Positions 48,159 to 62,700 of a stretch of DNA of 64,000 bases are shown piece by piece. Every line of letters starts with the position of its first letter. The stretch's first letter is position 1. The position numbers and the translations under genes were made by a program. The stretch is taken from assembly GCF_963853765.1 (NCBI RefSeq), contig NC_088861.1, positions 3,224,001-3,288,000 on the forward strand, in the 5' to 3' direction. The notes beneath the pieces are model-generated. The model was not told where the DNA came from and ran no database searches. It worked only from the letters and a program-made list of their open reading frames with translations. The DNA is from Magallana gigas. Taxonomy: Eukaryota.

Positions 48159-51100
48159 CGAAGTGGAAACTTCTAGTCCCCTGTGCCAAATAGCCATTTC
48201 ATTTGCAATATCCAGAATATGCCTTGTGTTTCGTGCAAATAAGAACTGCTGAAAAAACATGAATGTATGTCAGATTTTCAGTTTTTTATTAATATGAACC
48301 ATATCATTATAAAGAAAGCATGATTCTTTCATTCATCATATTTGTATTGTTTTATGTCAACTTAACCTTGTGGAGTTAAAGTGTAGTGTATAAAATATGA
48401 TATGAATATATATGATGATTTAATGTGTATACAAATACTGTTTTATATATATCTCTCGTTAAACAAAGTACATGGTACCAGTATTTTATTTACATGTAAT
48501 AGTATTGTACATGTTTCAGAACCATCGAATATCAAAGTTCAGTTAAGTTTAATGGTGGCAGAAACATGGTCTTAATGGTATACATGAAACTAAATATTAT
48601 TTAGTGAAAGTTATAAAATGAGAATTTTTAAGGATTTCTTATTGCAAAAGACGGCATTATGAACAATTCTATGTCATGTTATCAGTAATACTTATTTCAA
48701 TACAAATGACATCTTTAGATTAATACATGTTATCTGTTAAAAGAAATATTCGAATAGTAATGCATGAAATATACTATTCGAAACGATACCAATTCTTTAA
48801 GAGAAATGTGTCAATGTATTTGATATGACATGCAGATTATGCATCACTGTCCAATAATTGTGTTTCAACTTTGTTGATTTACATTATATTTCATTGTTTT
48901 TACCATTCAGCAGTTATATCATGCATTGAATTTGACCAATCGATCTTCATTGCCATGCGTTACCGTGTGTGTATATATCCATTAATGACTTGACTGTCTC
49001 ATCAGTAATCTCCCTTAAGACTAATTGTTTTGAGGGTATGTCGGAGAGATTAATGGGGACAGCATTACACAATGGAGACGTTTTTCATTATATTGCAGCG
49101 AGGTTTGTGATTATCTGCCAGGAAGTTGCGGAAAATAGATCAACAATATCCGTGAAAACATGTGTCATTAGCTAAAGGGTTGATAGAGTTATTTAATATT
49201 CTGCTATCAGATATTGTATGATCTTTAATTACAGTTAAATCAGGCCAACTCATATTATTTATTTTGTTGAACATTATATAATATATCTTTTTATAAACTA
49301 TTGAAATGTAAAATCCAAACATATGTATATATTTTTATGTCTATTACTTCGAGTTATTCATGTACATGTACATACAACTCACAATTTTCACGTTCTATTA
49401 TTTATATTTAAGTAACATTAAGCGATCGCGCAGCATTAACCTCCATTTTTATAACTCCCTAGTCACTTTGTTTTGAATTGTGTGATAATGTAATTGTGTC
49501 ATATATTTGTATGAACTATTGGTTTGTTTGAACAAAAATATAATGGGAGAAAGTAATTGATTTTATTAATTGTATGCGGGATGAATAAAGTACACAAATA
49601 AACTCCACGACTTTTTTTTCTGACTTTTGCTTTTGACCTCACCTGTATGGCATGCAGGTAATCCATCTTCATTGAAACCCATAAATCTTTGTTGCAATTT
49701 TATCGGTCCTACAACTGGTACATTCTGAATGCATACCTCCTCCAAAGCCCCGGGGGTGGAGCAATAGGCTGACCCCTCATTAATTTGGTAATGCGCGGAC
49801 TGAGTCAGTGTTTTTTTTTTTCTATTTCTATCAATTTTCGGTGCGTTTCCTTGAGTCTTCTTTACCAATATATATAGGTGTATTCCCTAAATGTTGTCAT
49901 GAAAACGTGAGAATATTAATGGTCAACACTCCTGCGCTAATTGTAACATTGTATTACATGAAATATATATGTGTGGCCGCACCATTTAGATTTAAGATAT
50001 TACCTACCAGTTTGTGGCGATGGTGCAAACAAAGATAAGCATTCTCTATTTAAAAATGAAATGTGTATAACATTGCCATTACAAAACTTTGTATTTTAGT
50101 TTGGTAAATAATAATTTTAAAAAAATCAAATTAAAGTTATTTATCTTTCTTCAAAAAGCTTGAGAAGCAGTACTGAATAAAGCATAATATGCCCAGGTAA
50201 GGAGAATCTAAAAATAAAAAAAAAGTTTTATTGATAAACTTAAAAAAACCACAAGAAGAGATAACACTGGAACCATTTTTGCATTTCATGCGTTTTATTG
50301 GAAAGAATTGTGTTAATGACAAAACAAAAGACGAATTGGCATAAAAGATAAAAAAAAAAAATCCCCCGAGATTTATGGGAACTCTACTGGTGGTCCAAGA
50401 TGCGGCAATATAGGACAGAATAAAAAAAAAGGCACGAGCCCGTTAATTTTTTTTCTTTTAAATGTATAATCTAAATCAGAATTATTCTATTTTGACATGC
50501 AAACAGTTTTTGTCACAAAGCAAGGGAGTTTAACGTCACAAACTGTCTCAGATTGCTTGGGCTGGCATGCATATCTTTTTGCGCGCTCTGTGCATTTTGA
50601 AAATTATTACTTTTAGGGCTGGATGAATTAAATTCATGTTAAAAGCACACAAAGAAAAGTTGCTACTACATATGATGACATTATGTTATATATTCCATCG
50701 AGTGACAATTATTAGGAACTAGAATACCAAATTTCAGTCTTTTGACCAAACTGTGATTATCCGTAAAAAGCAGGACATTTATCACGATTAGCATTTGATC
50801 TGTCCAAAAATGCGAGCAAATTATATGTATAATTGGAATTCAATTACAATAGTATTTGGTTCAATTTTTTTTTTTCAAAAATTCCATGGTAAACAATTCT
50901 CTAGATTTTACTAGCTTTCATGCAAAATCTTGAACAGTAAATACGTGCAGTTACTCATGTGGAGTGAAACATTCCTTGTATAAGAAAGGGCTTGGACAAA
51001 TGTAGTTTGTCAACCATTCAAAAGTATGTTTCGAAAATAAACACATGGTTCACACATCAAACATTGCACAATGTTCAGAGCTTGTTGCAAAATAGAGTTT

Positions 51101-51801
51101 GGAAACAATGTTTATATAACATTGCCTCGTACATCAGATTCCATGCTAAATTTTGGGCTGGTCCTCCATCTACATAGGAACAGACCTGAATGATTTGTCA
51201 AAAACATCATTAACTTGCTGTGTTGTGGTACCTTTCACCGCAAAATAACTTAGTATCCGTAGTCAAACACCCTCGGCTTTTACTTACTCTGTGAGGAGTC
51301 CGTATGGTCAATTAACCCATCACATTTTCTGGTACCCTTTTTCAAATATGATTATTTCATCCATAAATTACTTTTTAGTGAACTAAATTCCATGTAAAGC
51401 TCTGAAAGTTCAACATTTTCCTATATCTTTTAAAATACACGCAGGTCTTCTTCTTTGGAAGATTAATAAAGTCTTAAGTGGCCACGACCATGCAACCTTC
51501 TTAAACAACCCGAACTATCTAAAACCAATAATATCACAAAGTGAAATCGCTATAAGAGTTTCTTATATATTTTTGTTAAATCATAATTATGCTTGTAGCA
51601 TGTCTTTCCGTTACATAATATGCATATTTATCAGTAAATTAACCACCAGGATTTTGTAAATACATGTTTGAATGTATCACTAATGTTGAAATTTTTTTAA
51701 TTTACTGGTTGGCATTAAATACAAAATTTACAACTATTAAATTCTGTATTTACTGCCAAAACATGACAGATATATCGCTTTAAAACTGTATCTCTAATTT
51801 C

Positions 51802-51947
51802 NNNNNNNNNNNNNNNNNNNNNNNNNNNNNNNNNNNNNNNNNNNNNNNNNNNNNNNNNNNNNNNNNNNNNNNNNNNNNNNNNNNNNNNNNNNNNNNNNNN
51901 NNNNNNNNNNNNNNNNNNNNNNNNNNNNNNNNNNNNNNNNNNNNNNN
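51802..51947. other. Assembly gap (N run)
   Basis: 146 N characters. Confidence 1.
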
Positions 51948-52301
51948 TTTATACTATCACAATAATCACTTTCATGTATATGAGAAAAATCTCGAAATGA
52001 TAGAGATAAAGATTGGAAAAAAAAATGTGCATGTATGTCTAATTGATTCATATTAAGTATATCATTTGATAAATAAATTTAAAGTAAAAAAGAAATTGTG
52101 TTTACATGTTGCCTAAGGATAAATCTGTTATGTTTTCTGTTAAAATCAAAATTATATTATATTAATGCTATTATAATAGGAAATGTTAGGCTAATAATGT
52201 ATAATTATTTATATAAAGAGACACATCATTAATTGATAATGATGTACATGTATTTATGTAAAAAGAAACATTGAATGCAATGGTTACATTGTAACATTTA
52301 A

Positions 52302-52798
52302 AGGGGCATGGTCACGATTTTGGTCAAAAATTATTTTTCCGATTTTAACATTCACAATGCTTCAGAAAGGCATTTTTAATAGGCAACCGAAATTTGAGTG
52401 TCATTTGTTGAGTTATAAGCGAGTTACAGAGCTTGAAATTCTTCGCTATGTAAACAAAGCGTTTGTTTACATTTTGAACTTTGAAGTAAAAATTTCAGTT
52501 TTAAACTTAAAACGAATGTGTTAAACGTTAGGAACTGTTTATCCATGCCTAAAATAAATAAAAAGATAGACAAATAAGCTGGAAAAAGATTTTTTACTGG
52601 TATATTGAACCTATGTAAACAAAAACAGGGCACGAGCCTTGTTTACATGACGAAAAATTGTGAGCCCTTTATCTTGCTTATAACTCTAAGAATCACTCTC
52701 AAATTTTATTTGATTATTAGAAATACCTTATTGAAGCATTGTAAACAATAGAAATCGAAAAATAAAATTTGACCAAAATCGTGACCATGCATGCCCCT
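52302..52798 (+). mobile_element. TTAA-flanked MITE with AGGGGCATGGTCACGATTTTGGTCAA terminal inverted repeats
   Basis: Inverted termini and TTAA at 52298-52301 and 52799-52802. Same family as 57175-58129, in opposite orientation. A TTAA target fits piggyBac- or Kolobok-type elements. Confidence 0.85.
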
Positions 52799-53481
52799 TT
52801 AAAATATCTAATAGTTTCTATATGATCAGATATTTTAAGTAGGAATATCTGTATATATACACAATTTATTTTATGCAAAACGATACACTTGTTAAAACAT
52901 ATTCCATGCTATTAAAATCAAATCTGAGACCATATTATGAAAAAGATGAAAAGAGGACAACCTTAATTCTGGCAATAAAAGAACCGTTAGGGAGTAATCG
53001 TTTCTCCTTCTGATGCTTCAGACGGACAGACAGGGTCTGACAGCGAGAAACAGATTAACAGGGGGAGAAGTCATTAATCCGTGAGACATCCGATGACGAA
53101 TCGACGATTAAGGCATTCGACAGGGAGCTGTCATCCCCTGCACAGGTAACGCGCGCCCAGGTGTAGTGGACAGCCATCAGTGCAGGTTTCCTCACCTGTA
53201 GATCCAGCGCAACGGACGTGCATATCAACAAGCGGACCGACCCCTCCCCGAGCTCTTGTCCATCATTTGAGAGCAGTCACTGTTGAATTAATGCCGTTTT
53301 AACCAGATCCAGAGACTGAACATGTGACAAGACGAAAAAGCGGAAATATTTGTTTCGGGGACTGATTATTTTTCCTCTCCGGTGATGGAACCTTAGATAG
53401 AGGGAGAAATCAGGAAATCTTAGGGGAAACTTAACTTCATTAGAGGACATTCATCCAAACAGAACTTTATTTCTTATCATC

Positions 53482-56400
53482 ATGAGCGTTCCCAAGGAAT
53501 ATCGTGGTCTCCTGTATGTTTCATATGTTCTTCTTCATGTGTTGTGCTTGTTTAATGGTGAGTATTTTATTTACCTTCGCTTCTTTTAATTAATCACTGG
53601 CCTATTTACAAGTATCATTGATGACCATTTACAAATGTTTATAGTATTTCTTTTTACATGAATGATTACCCAAAACATATTTCACCTAACGTTTTGTGTA
53701 TGAATGAAATAAGAATACATTTAGACCGCAGGCAAAATATAGAATACATAAAAAAGTAATGATTTGTTTCGCATTAACCTCGAAATGCGCGATATTTCAA
53801 AGAGAAACTCTGATTTGCATAACAATCTAATTAACATATTAAACATAGGTACAGTACACACAGTCTGTGCTGGTTAACATGTGTCGAAAGCTGTTCAAAG
53901 GAAGTGGTGTACATTTGTGAACTTTTCCCCCTATATTCTAGGAATGGAGACATTCACAATTTGACACAATTCCAAATCTTTTCTGAAACTGATGTGACTT
54001 TATTTCTTTTTTCAAAATTTGACATGATAACCAAGAAAATCGAACGAAAAAACAGTAATACTATTGTACTAAATACCAAAATTACTAATATACCAGGTAT
54101 TTCAATCAAATATCGATTAAATCAATTATATTTTCAAAATTCCAAGAATAAAACAATTTGCTTCAAAGTTCCGGTTGTTCGCTGATTATTTCTTAAATGT
54201 ATTTGTGTTTCTCCGAAAGAATTTCATTTTTTACGAGATTTCACTCGTATTCGGCAGTATTTACGTGAAGTTGGTACAGGGCCGAGAAATAATTAGGGTA
54301 ATGCACTGGAATAGACGATGTTCTTTTCTTGTTCTGGCCAGATCTAATGGAATAAAAACCTCGGCTATTTTCCACTAAACCATTCATAACCCAGGTCGAC
54401 TGGCGTATATCATAGTTAATAACAAAAGCATGTGTGTATTTACTATTTATCTCATGCATCAAACGTGCTTTGAATAATAGTTTGTTCCGCAATGTTATTT
54501 CACTACATGCAATGATATATGGTTCTGCGACTTTGTTCCGCTCTACTTTTGTATGTTCATTTGGTTTCTTCTGAATAATTTTCGCTTTGTTAAAACTTCA
54601 AGCAACAAAATTACATTTTGTCTTGGAGAGGGTTTACATAGGCATACTATAGTAGTCTGTTGCCCAATCCTTTTGAATTATCAATAAAATATGTTTAAAT
54701 TAATTACTTCAAGCAATGAATAAAATCGTTCTGGAGTATGTGTTGGTAAAATCTGTTAAGTTTTAACAGTCTAAAATGATTCATTTATGTTATTGTATTT
54801 AAAAAGAAAGAAAAAAAATCCGTTCCATGTTCCGGCCCTCACGACAACCATTCTTTCACATTTTCAAAGTGTTTTCGGAGACATAAAAACGAAGTAAATT
54901 AACCCGTTAAAAATGTCACCGCTCATAAAGCAGCAAATAACATCTCGAGTCTTGCCCATGGTTTGGTGCAATCAAACTGTCATCCAGTGAATTAGGACAT
55001 TAACTGCCAAAGGCTTGCATGGACTTTGTGCATTAGTGGAGGGACACCTCATCGACGATTTATATGGCGGATGAATAAATAGGTGTAAACATTACGCCCC
55101 AAGGACCCCCAAAAATTAGCAGACGAAGGCTCAACGGATGTTGTAATTATTAAATGACAAATATGAATTATGGCTTAATGAAGTTTTCGTACATATCTTT
55201 TTGAATACACTCACGCGTGAAGGATGCTTGATTAATTGGTCTTAAATTCCCATGTATGTTTCCATCCCTTGATGACTCTACATGTAAAGTTATTCAGACT
55301 CATTTTCATATTCGAAATTCCAATTTTCATTTAATCATTTTATCAGCTACGGAATAAAACCTATCAGGTATCCATATATGAACTCAAGATACATAAGAAT
55401 AGCCATAAAATTTATTCAGGACCAGAATCCGTTTGTATTAATTTTCTCATACTACAGGCGGAAATAAAAAAGAAGATAAATTTAGCCTCCAATAATGAAT
55501 GAGTCACACATTTGCAATGATTTTTTTAAGGGAAAACTAATACACATAAGTAACCGTTACTGCTGGCCCCTTTAGAAGAGACCAACGACCACAACAATTC
55601 TCCTTGTTTTGACCACACTAGCGCCAGTCAAGGCCCCAGTGTTTGGCTGAGTAATATGTTTTGGTCGAGAGTAGGGAGGTTTTTACCAGTGTGTACCAAT
55701 GCCAGTAGGTGACACAGATCGAAGACTATGATTGGGAACACAAATCGCCGGCCATTAACGGTCTCTGTTTACGCGTAAATCCGTCAGGAAGGCCATTCTT
55801 TACATCGTTTCCCAAGTAATCACAACATTCTTGTCACCTTGTAAGGCGTCAACAACTTCTAGAATCTCTTCCTAACAATGCATGTCTTTTACTAGGTTTC
55901 CATTATAATAATGGAATCTTGTCTCCATTTTACCCCCTTATTTTTACAACTCCCAATTTCTTTTCGTAATTTAACAGAGTATGCATGTTTTATTACTATC
56001 ATTATAATGGTTTTCATGACAATGGGATCTTCTATAACTCACAAAATTATTCTTAAATAGTATCTTCAATATATCTTCATAACAATACAAACGTTTACTA
56101 AGATGACTTCATAATAAAAGGGGAATCTTCTACAATACTATTTTTGAATAATATTTTCAATATACTTTCATAACTGTACATGTCAGTTACTTGGTTTTCA
56201 TTAAAATAATGGAATCTTGTATCCATTACCTCTTTTTATCTAAATCTATAACAACTCCTAATGTCCCTTCGTAACAGTGCATATCTCTTTCTATGATGTC
56301 TTATGACAACGGGAAGAATCTATCATAATAATCACCAGTTTTCAAAACTATATATAACATCTTTTTTCTTGATAGGAAATGAACAAAAAATAGAAACTCT

Positions 56401-56606
56401 TTCAATCTTTCAATACTCCCATGTTGTTGTAAATTTATAAGCGGTTGACAATTAGTTGTTCTTTTGTAATTGATTTATTTATTGCTACCCGGTAAATTCA
56501 AAGTTGAAAACATGACAACATTCATTTGGTAAAGTCAACATTGTAGCGAAGTGGAAACATGACCATTAGACTTTATCAATGCATTTTGTGTTTTCTGTCA
56601 TGTTGT

Positions 56607-56644
<38 letters not shown>

Positions 56645-56679
56645 TACAACATGAACATGATAACTAGTGTCATGTTGTA

Positions 56680-56717
<38 letters not shown>

Positions 56718-59700
56718 ACAACATGACAGTTTCTCCTGTGCAGTAAATAAGATTACAATTGCAGTAAAGGGGGCTGCATTTACATTACATAGAGTTTATA
56801 TACGGTGAGTCCCTCATGGTGAAAAATGGCCGTTTGTTGTAGGTATACGCTAGAGGGGAGCGTTAGTTGCCAACGACGCTCTGCTTCTCTTTTTGAAGAC
56901 GCATTGCAGCTGTTTGATATATCCTTGTTATATGAGTAAAGCAGAAGCAGAAACATATAAATATGCATTAGAGTTTTATTAATACCTCCTACTCATTGTA
57001 AGGAGGCAGTCGTAAAAGGTTGAAATATATATATGCCATTAATGGCATGTAAGTAATATTACCGAAGGGAGGGTCGCACACACAGGTATCGGCATATTGT
57101 ACATGTATTATGCATGTATTATGCAAGTAAATTCAGGCGAGTTCATTTACATGTATATGTGAATGAAAACTTAAAGGGGCATGGTCACGATTTTGGTCAA
57201 CTTTTATTTTTCTGTTTTTATTATTTGCAATGCTTTAGGAATACATCTCTAATGATCAAATGAAATTTGGGTGCCAGTCGTTGAGTTTTAAGCAAGATAC
57301 AGGGCGTACAATTCTTCGTCATGTAAACAAGGCTCGTGTCCTGTTTTTGTTTACATAGGTTCAATATACCAGTAAAAAATCTTTTTAAAGCTGGTTTGTC
57401 TATCTTATTATTCATTTTAAGCATAAATAAACAGTTGAGTTTTAAGCAAGATACAGGGCGTACAATTCTTCGTCATGTAAACAAGGCTCGGGTCCTGTTT
57501 TTGTTTACATAGGTTCAATATACCAGTAAAAAATCTTTTTAAAGCTGGTTTGTCTATCTTATTATTCATTTTAAGCATAAATAAACAGTTGAGTTTTAAG
57601 CAAGATACAGGGCGTACAATTCTTCGTCATGTAAACAAGGCTCGGGTCCTGTTTTTGTTTACATAGGTTCAATATACCAGTAAAAAATCTTTTTAAAGCT
57701 GGTTTGTCTATCTTATTATTCATTTTAAGCATAAATAAACAGTTGAGTTTTAAGCAAGATACAGAGCGTACAATTCTTCGTCATGTAAACAAGGCTCGGG
57801 TCCTGTTTTTGTTTACATAGGTTCAATATACCAGTAAAAAATCTTTTTAAAGCTGGTTTGTCTATCTTATTATTCATTTTAAGCATAAATAAAGAGTTCC
57901 TAACGATTAACACATTCATTTTAGGTCTAAAACTGGAATTTTCACTTCAACATTCAAAATGTAAACAAACGCTTAATTTACATAGCGAAGAATAGTAAGC
58001 TCTGTAACTCGCTTATGACTCATCAAATGACACTCAAATTTTGGTTGCCTATAAAAAATGCCTTACTGAAGCATTGTAAAGATTAAAATCGAAAAAATAG
58101 TTTTTGACTAAAATCGTGACCATGCCCCTTTAAATCAGTTGTAGAGTATTTCTGTTGCACTTATGAAAAGTAATTTGTGGGAATTGTTTAATTATACAAA
58201 TGCAATATCCTGTAGAAAAAGACAATTTTGGAAAATTTAAATGCATAAAATAATGTCATTATACAATGCACATGGTGTATATATAAAAGGTGTAGATATT
58301 AAGGTCAATACCATTAAACAATTCCGAGTTAAAGATTTGGATATTAAGGTTATTGTTAACAAATTGACGTTTTTTGTAACCATACCTTTTCTTTCTTATT
58401 TCAGTGTCGTTTGCAAAGAAGTGCCTACACCATGAAGGACCTGGTATGTGTACCCTTCTCTTTCATTTAAACCATTTCAATATTAAAGAAATATACCCAA
58501 AATCCTCACATTAAAGCAATTTCAGAAATTTTGCTACCGGATATCTTACCATACCACAGATAGTTTAACTTACATGTAAAACTATGCTGCTTGGAATTCA
58601 AATTCTGCAATTTTAAAACACGTGAATTTCTCTTAAAGTACAAACCAGAAAATAATCCAGGAAAGTCATGCTAGTATATATATATATACAGCGGGTACCC
58701 CTCTTGTAACATGTACATGTACAGTTCAACATACATGGGTCATGTATTTAGGATGAGACACATTTTGCATGTCGCCCTGTAAACGCTAATATTAATTCCA
58801 AGGTTGAAGATCAAAAACATTCTACTGTGCAGGAAAGTAAGAAAAATGGACAAGAGAAAGGGGCGTAAAGATTTTATAAAAAACAAAAACAAATGGCATA
58901 CACGGTCCTCAATCCCCAAGCCGTGTGGTCATAAATTCCTAGAGAATAAAAGAGCACTTTTCTCGTCGGGGGAGGAATTTGGCTAGACAAGGCTTTATTA
59001 CCCGTTACAGAGTCCTTTGATTCAATATGGAGGTCAACCACATCTTGTCAACTGGTCCCTAATTTAGATTTCTTTCTACATTTTTATTAGGCCAAACCTT
59101 TTTGTTAATCTATGCATGTGAATAAAAGCTTATTATTATTTTTTTATATGTATAAATGTGTTTTATTACATGTACACATTTGAGGAATTTTTGTACGTAA
59201 AATCTACATAGCGTTCACTCTAAGGATACAGTATATTTCAGGGTACAAGAGTCATTGATTATTTGAAATGATTCTTGGGAATTTAGATTGCGAAAAATTT
59301 GACGCAAACCAACATTATAATTGTGTGGACTTTTTTATATTAAAAATTCTGCACGACATAAGCAATTAATAGAAGTAAAATAATATTTACATAAGTATTC
59401 ACTTACGACAAAATTTATGTATGCGGTTACGTGATATATATACTAGTTAATTAAGCTGCATTCTTCAAACGCTTGCCAACATCCCTTAGGGCAATGACCT
59501 AAAGCATTTTTGAATGACACAATTCAGTGAAAATTTGTAGGAGTTCATTATTCTTAATGCACAGTGCATTAACACAACAGCTCTTTGCCAAAGTAGTATA
59601 CATGTATGTACAGATATAATTCATTAATCAGGCTCAACACTACTTTCACTAACGATAATGTCCATATCGTATTTCAACAATGCGCATCCCGATCCCGATG

Positions 59701-62700
59701 TGGCTAACAGAGAACAAAGTAGCTTTCATATTGCTGATGGGATTGGGGAACATAAAAAGGCCTCCCGTCAAAGGGCTTGCGTGGTGGAGGTGACAGTGTT
59801 ACACCAGTTAATGTCCACATATGACAGCTTTGTCTCTGTTCAGCGCTTAAGCTGTTGCTTTGAACCTAAATCATTTTTTGGTCATTATGTGCCTAAGGGG
59901 GACAGACGGACAGTATCGGTCATTGAGTTAACATTTATTTGTCTCTCATCAATATACATCAATTCGGGAATTTCAATTTAGCGGGTCTAAACTTGGAAGT
60001 GCTTAATTAGTTCGTACCTGTTTTTACTCTTAGACGTTAGCTCTCCGTTTTCTTGATTGATGCATGTTTCTTTGCATCGATCAACTCGTTTAGTTTAGAA
60101 CAAAAATAAAGATGTATCATGTCCAGTGGCGTAGCTAGCGCTAGAATGAAGTATAGGCACCAAATACGGCGAGGGGTCTGGGGAACGGAAAACGGATTTC
60201 ATGTTTTATAGAACACACAGGAACAAATTTTAGGCACTTTTCGTACATAAAATTTTGAGTTTTTTTTTAAAGATTTTTTTTTCGTAGTAAAAAGGCAAAA
60301 AAACATTTTTTAATACAATCCAACATTGTTTTCACCAGCAGTCTTGTTATCAAAGTGAATTGCGGGAAGAAGATGGGGAAATAAGATAGGGCAAATGCCC
60401 ATTCGGTTTCATCGTAAAATACAATTTTGAATTTATTTTATCAATTAAATTAATTCAAACTTATTATAATACAAGTTTGCAAAAGCACAATTTCTAAATA
60501 AATTCAGTTTTTATAATGTTTAACAAACGATAGAGAAAATATATTACCTTAAATTCTGGTAGAATCGAACCCACAACATAAAAACCCTACTTATAGAAGG
60601 TTAGCTAATGTCTGGTGCTCTAACTTCTGAGCCATTTCATACACAACAAAGTAAATTGTTTAAATATTACGCGTGCCTTGAACTTTGGCTACGAATTTAC
60701 GGACTTGAATTATTTTTTTCAAAACGTTAAATTGTTGAGATACAAAATGGTATTTTTATTGTATAGTGGGTCATCTCTCCACGTTTTTGTTGATTGAAAT
60801 CGGTTTGTTTTCCATAAAACCTTATTTAGTCTATGAGAAAAATATGGAGCAGAGACTCACTATATAATAGAAAAGACCTTGAAGTTGTAAAAAAAATGAC
60901 ACTATTGGAAGTTTTGATATGCATGTACGTATACGCCTGTTTGAGTCAACATATTCCAAGTATTGAACATATTTAAAGGTTAAAAACCGATGATATGTTA
61001 AATATTTCTTGTTTTAAATATATTTTTTTTAAATATCAGATTTATTCATATTTAAATTTTTCGGTATCTTTTCCGTCCATGCATAAATATTTTACACGCC
61101 TTATCCACCCATCTTCTTACACTAAAGCTATTATCTGTCTCTATAGTTTAGTTTACTATTAAAGGGAAAACATTAAACTTTGTAATTGAATGTCATGATT
61201 AAAAAACAGTTGTAATGGTTATTTTAAATTTTGATAATAATAAGAAAACAGATATATTGCTTTGTTTTTTTTAAGTCGTACATTATGTTACACGAAGTCA
61301 ATTAAAGGCGTCTATATTTATAAGCCGCAAATTTGTCAATGATAGTTGAGATCGCAATATGCCTCGATCTATGAATATGATTTTAAACATTTCATCCAGT
61401 GGTCTTACTTTTGGTTTATTGCCCGACATGTTTTTCACTGATTGACTGCGCCATAATTAGCATCATCGACGTCACATATTTGTGACCTCAAACAATCAGA
61501 GTTTTGAAATAGGGAAAAGAAAGATATTTGCTGTGTGCTTTTTTTTTAATTTTTTTTTTTTTAATTAAATGTGACATTTTAACATTTTTAATTTTTGGTC
61601 TTAAAATCATGTGTAGGCACGTGCCTTAAGTGCCTAACGGCAGCTACGCCACTGAATTGTCATCCTTTTTGTTGTTCATGCAAACTTGCCAAATTTCATT
61701 AGATCTCATTTGTAACGCTATAATTGAAAATATACATTTGTAAATACAGGGTTTGCAAAATCATATAATAATGAAAGTATATGTTTTCATCTTAGGAATA
61801 GATTTCTTTTTAAGGGAACTTGTTTCTCACAATTTAATTTGTATGCCCTTTCACGTGTTTCTTTTAAACGATTCCTCTACCGTATACATCAATCTGATAT
61901 TAGTATACACTTGTACTAAGAATATTCCACTGTATTACTTTATTTAAAACAAGCATGACTTCTTTAACATTCCCTTTTGCATTCATTAACTTACATTATG
62001 AAAACAATATCAGGATCACCTTGAATGTGCGTTTGTGTTGAAACCCATTATACAGCTACTGTATTAGTTTCTTAATTTAGCACTTGTAATGTAAAGAAAT
62101 AACGGGCTTTAATTTTGTTTCCTTTGTATTTTCTAGTCGTGGAGATGTGTACTGACAGTGTAATCCAGGCTCAACATGCAGTCATATTAGAAACTTCTTT
62201 ATTTTCCGGAAAAGGGAACTGTGTATGTACATTCAATGTAACTGGTGATTACCTGGAAATAGGCCATCTTGACTTTCCCGAGCAATGCGGCAATAAGTTA
62301 GACTTCCATCTAGGAGCGGAAGGAAGTCCTCATAGTGACGTTCAGTCTATTGAATGTACCAAAGTCACAGCAGAGTTCAATACAACGGAAGTGAAGGAAG
62401 GAAATGTTCTGTTATCACAAACGGAATTTGGTGCCGCGGAAGCAGGATCATCTTGCGTTTCTATGGAAACGGATCCAAATGGTAAATGAAAATGAAATGA
62501 TCAAAAAGTTAAATTGTGATCGGATTTGTGCTTGGCCATTTCGTAATATTGCTAAAAACTGCAACATTTTCCGAAAATGACTATATTTTAAATTTCCACA
62601 AAATCCCTCTTTTTCTGTTATTCTTTTATTAATCAAAAATGCTTTTTAATTTTGACAGAGTTTGTTTATGTGCACTGCGAGGCTGTTGTAGAAGAGAGCA

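Noticed and set aside
52980-53481. GC-richer leader with several upstream ATGs before paralogue 3
   Set aside because: The transcription start is unknown, so uORF regulation cannot be supported.
55890-56330. Degenerate repeats of an ATAATGGAATCTT-like motif
   Set aside because: Too decayed to define a unit or period reliably by eye.
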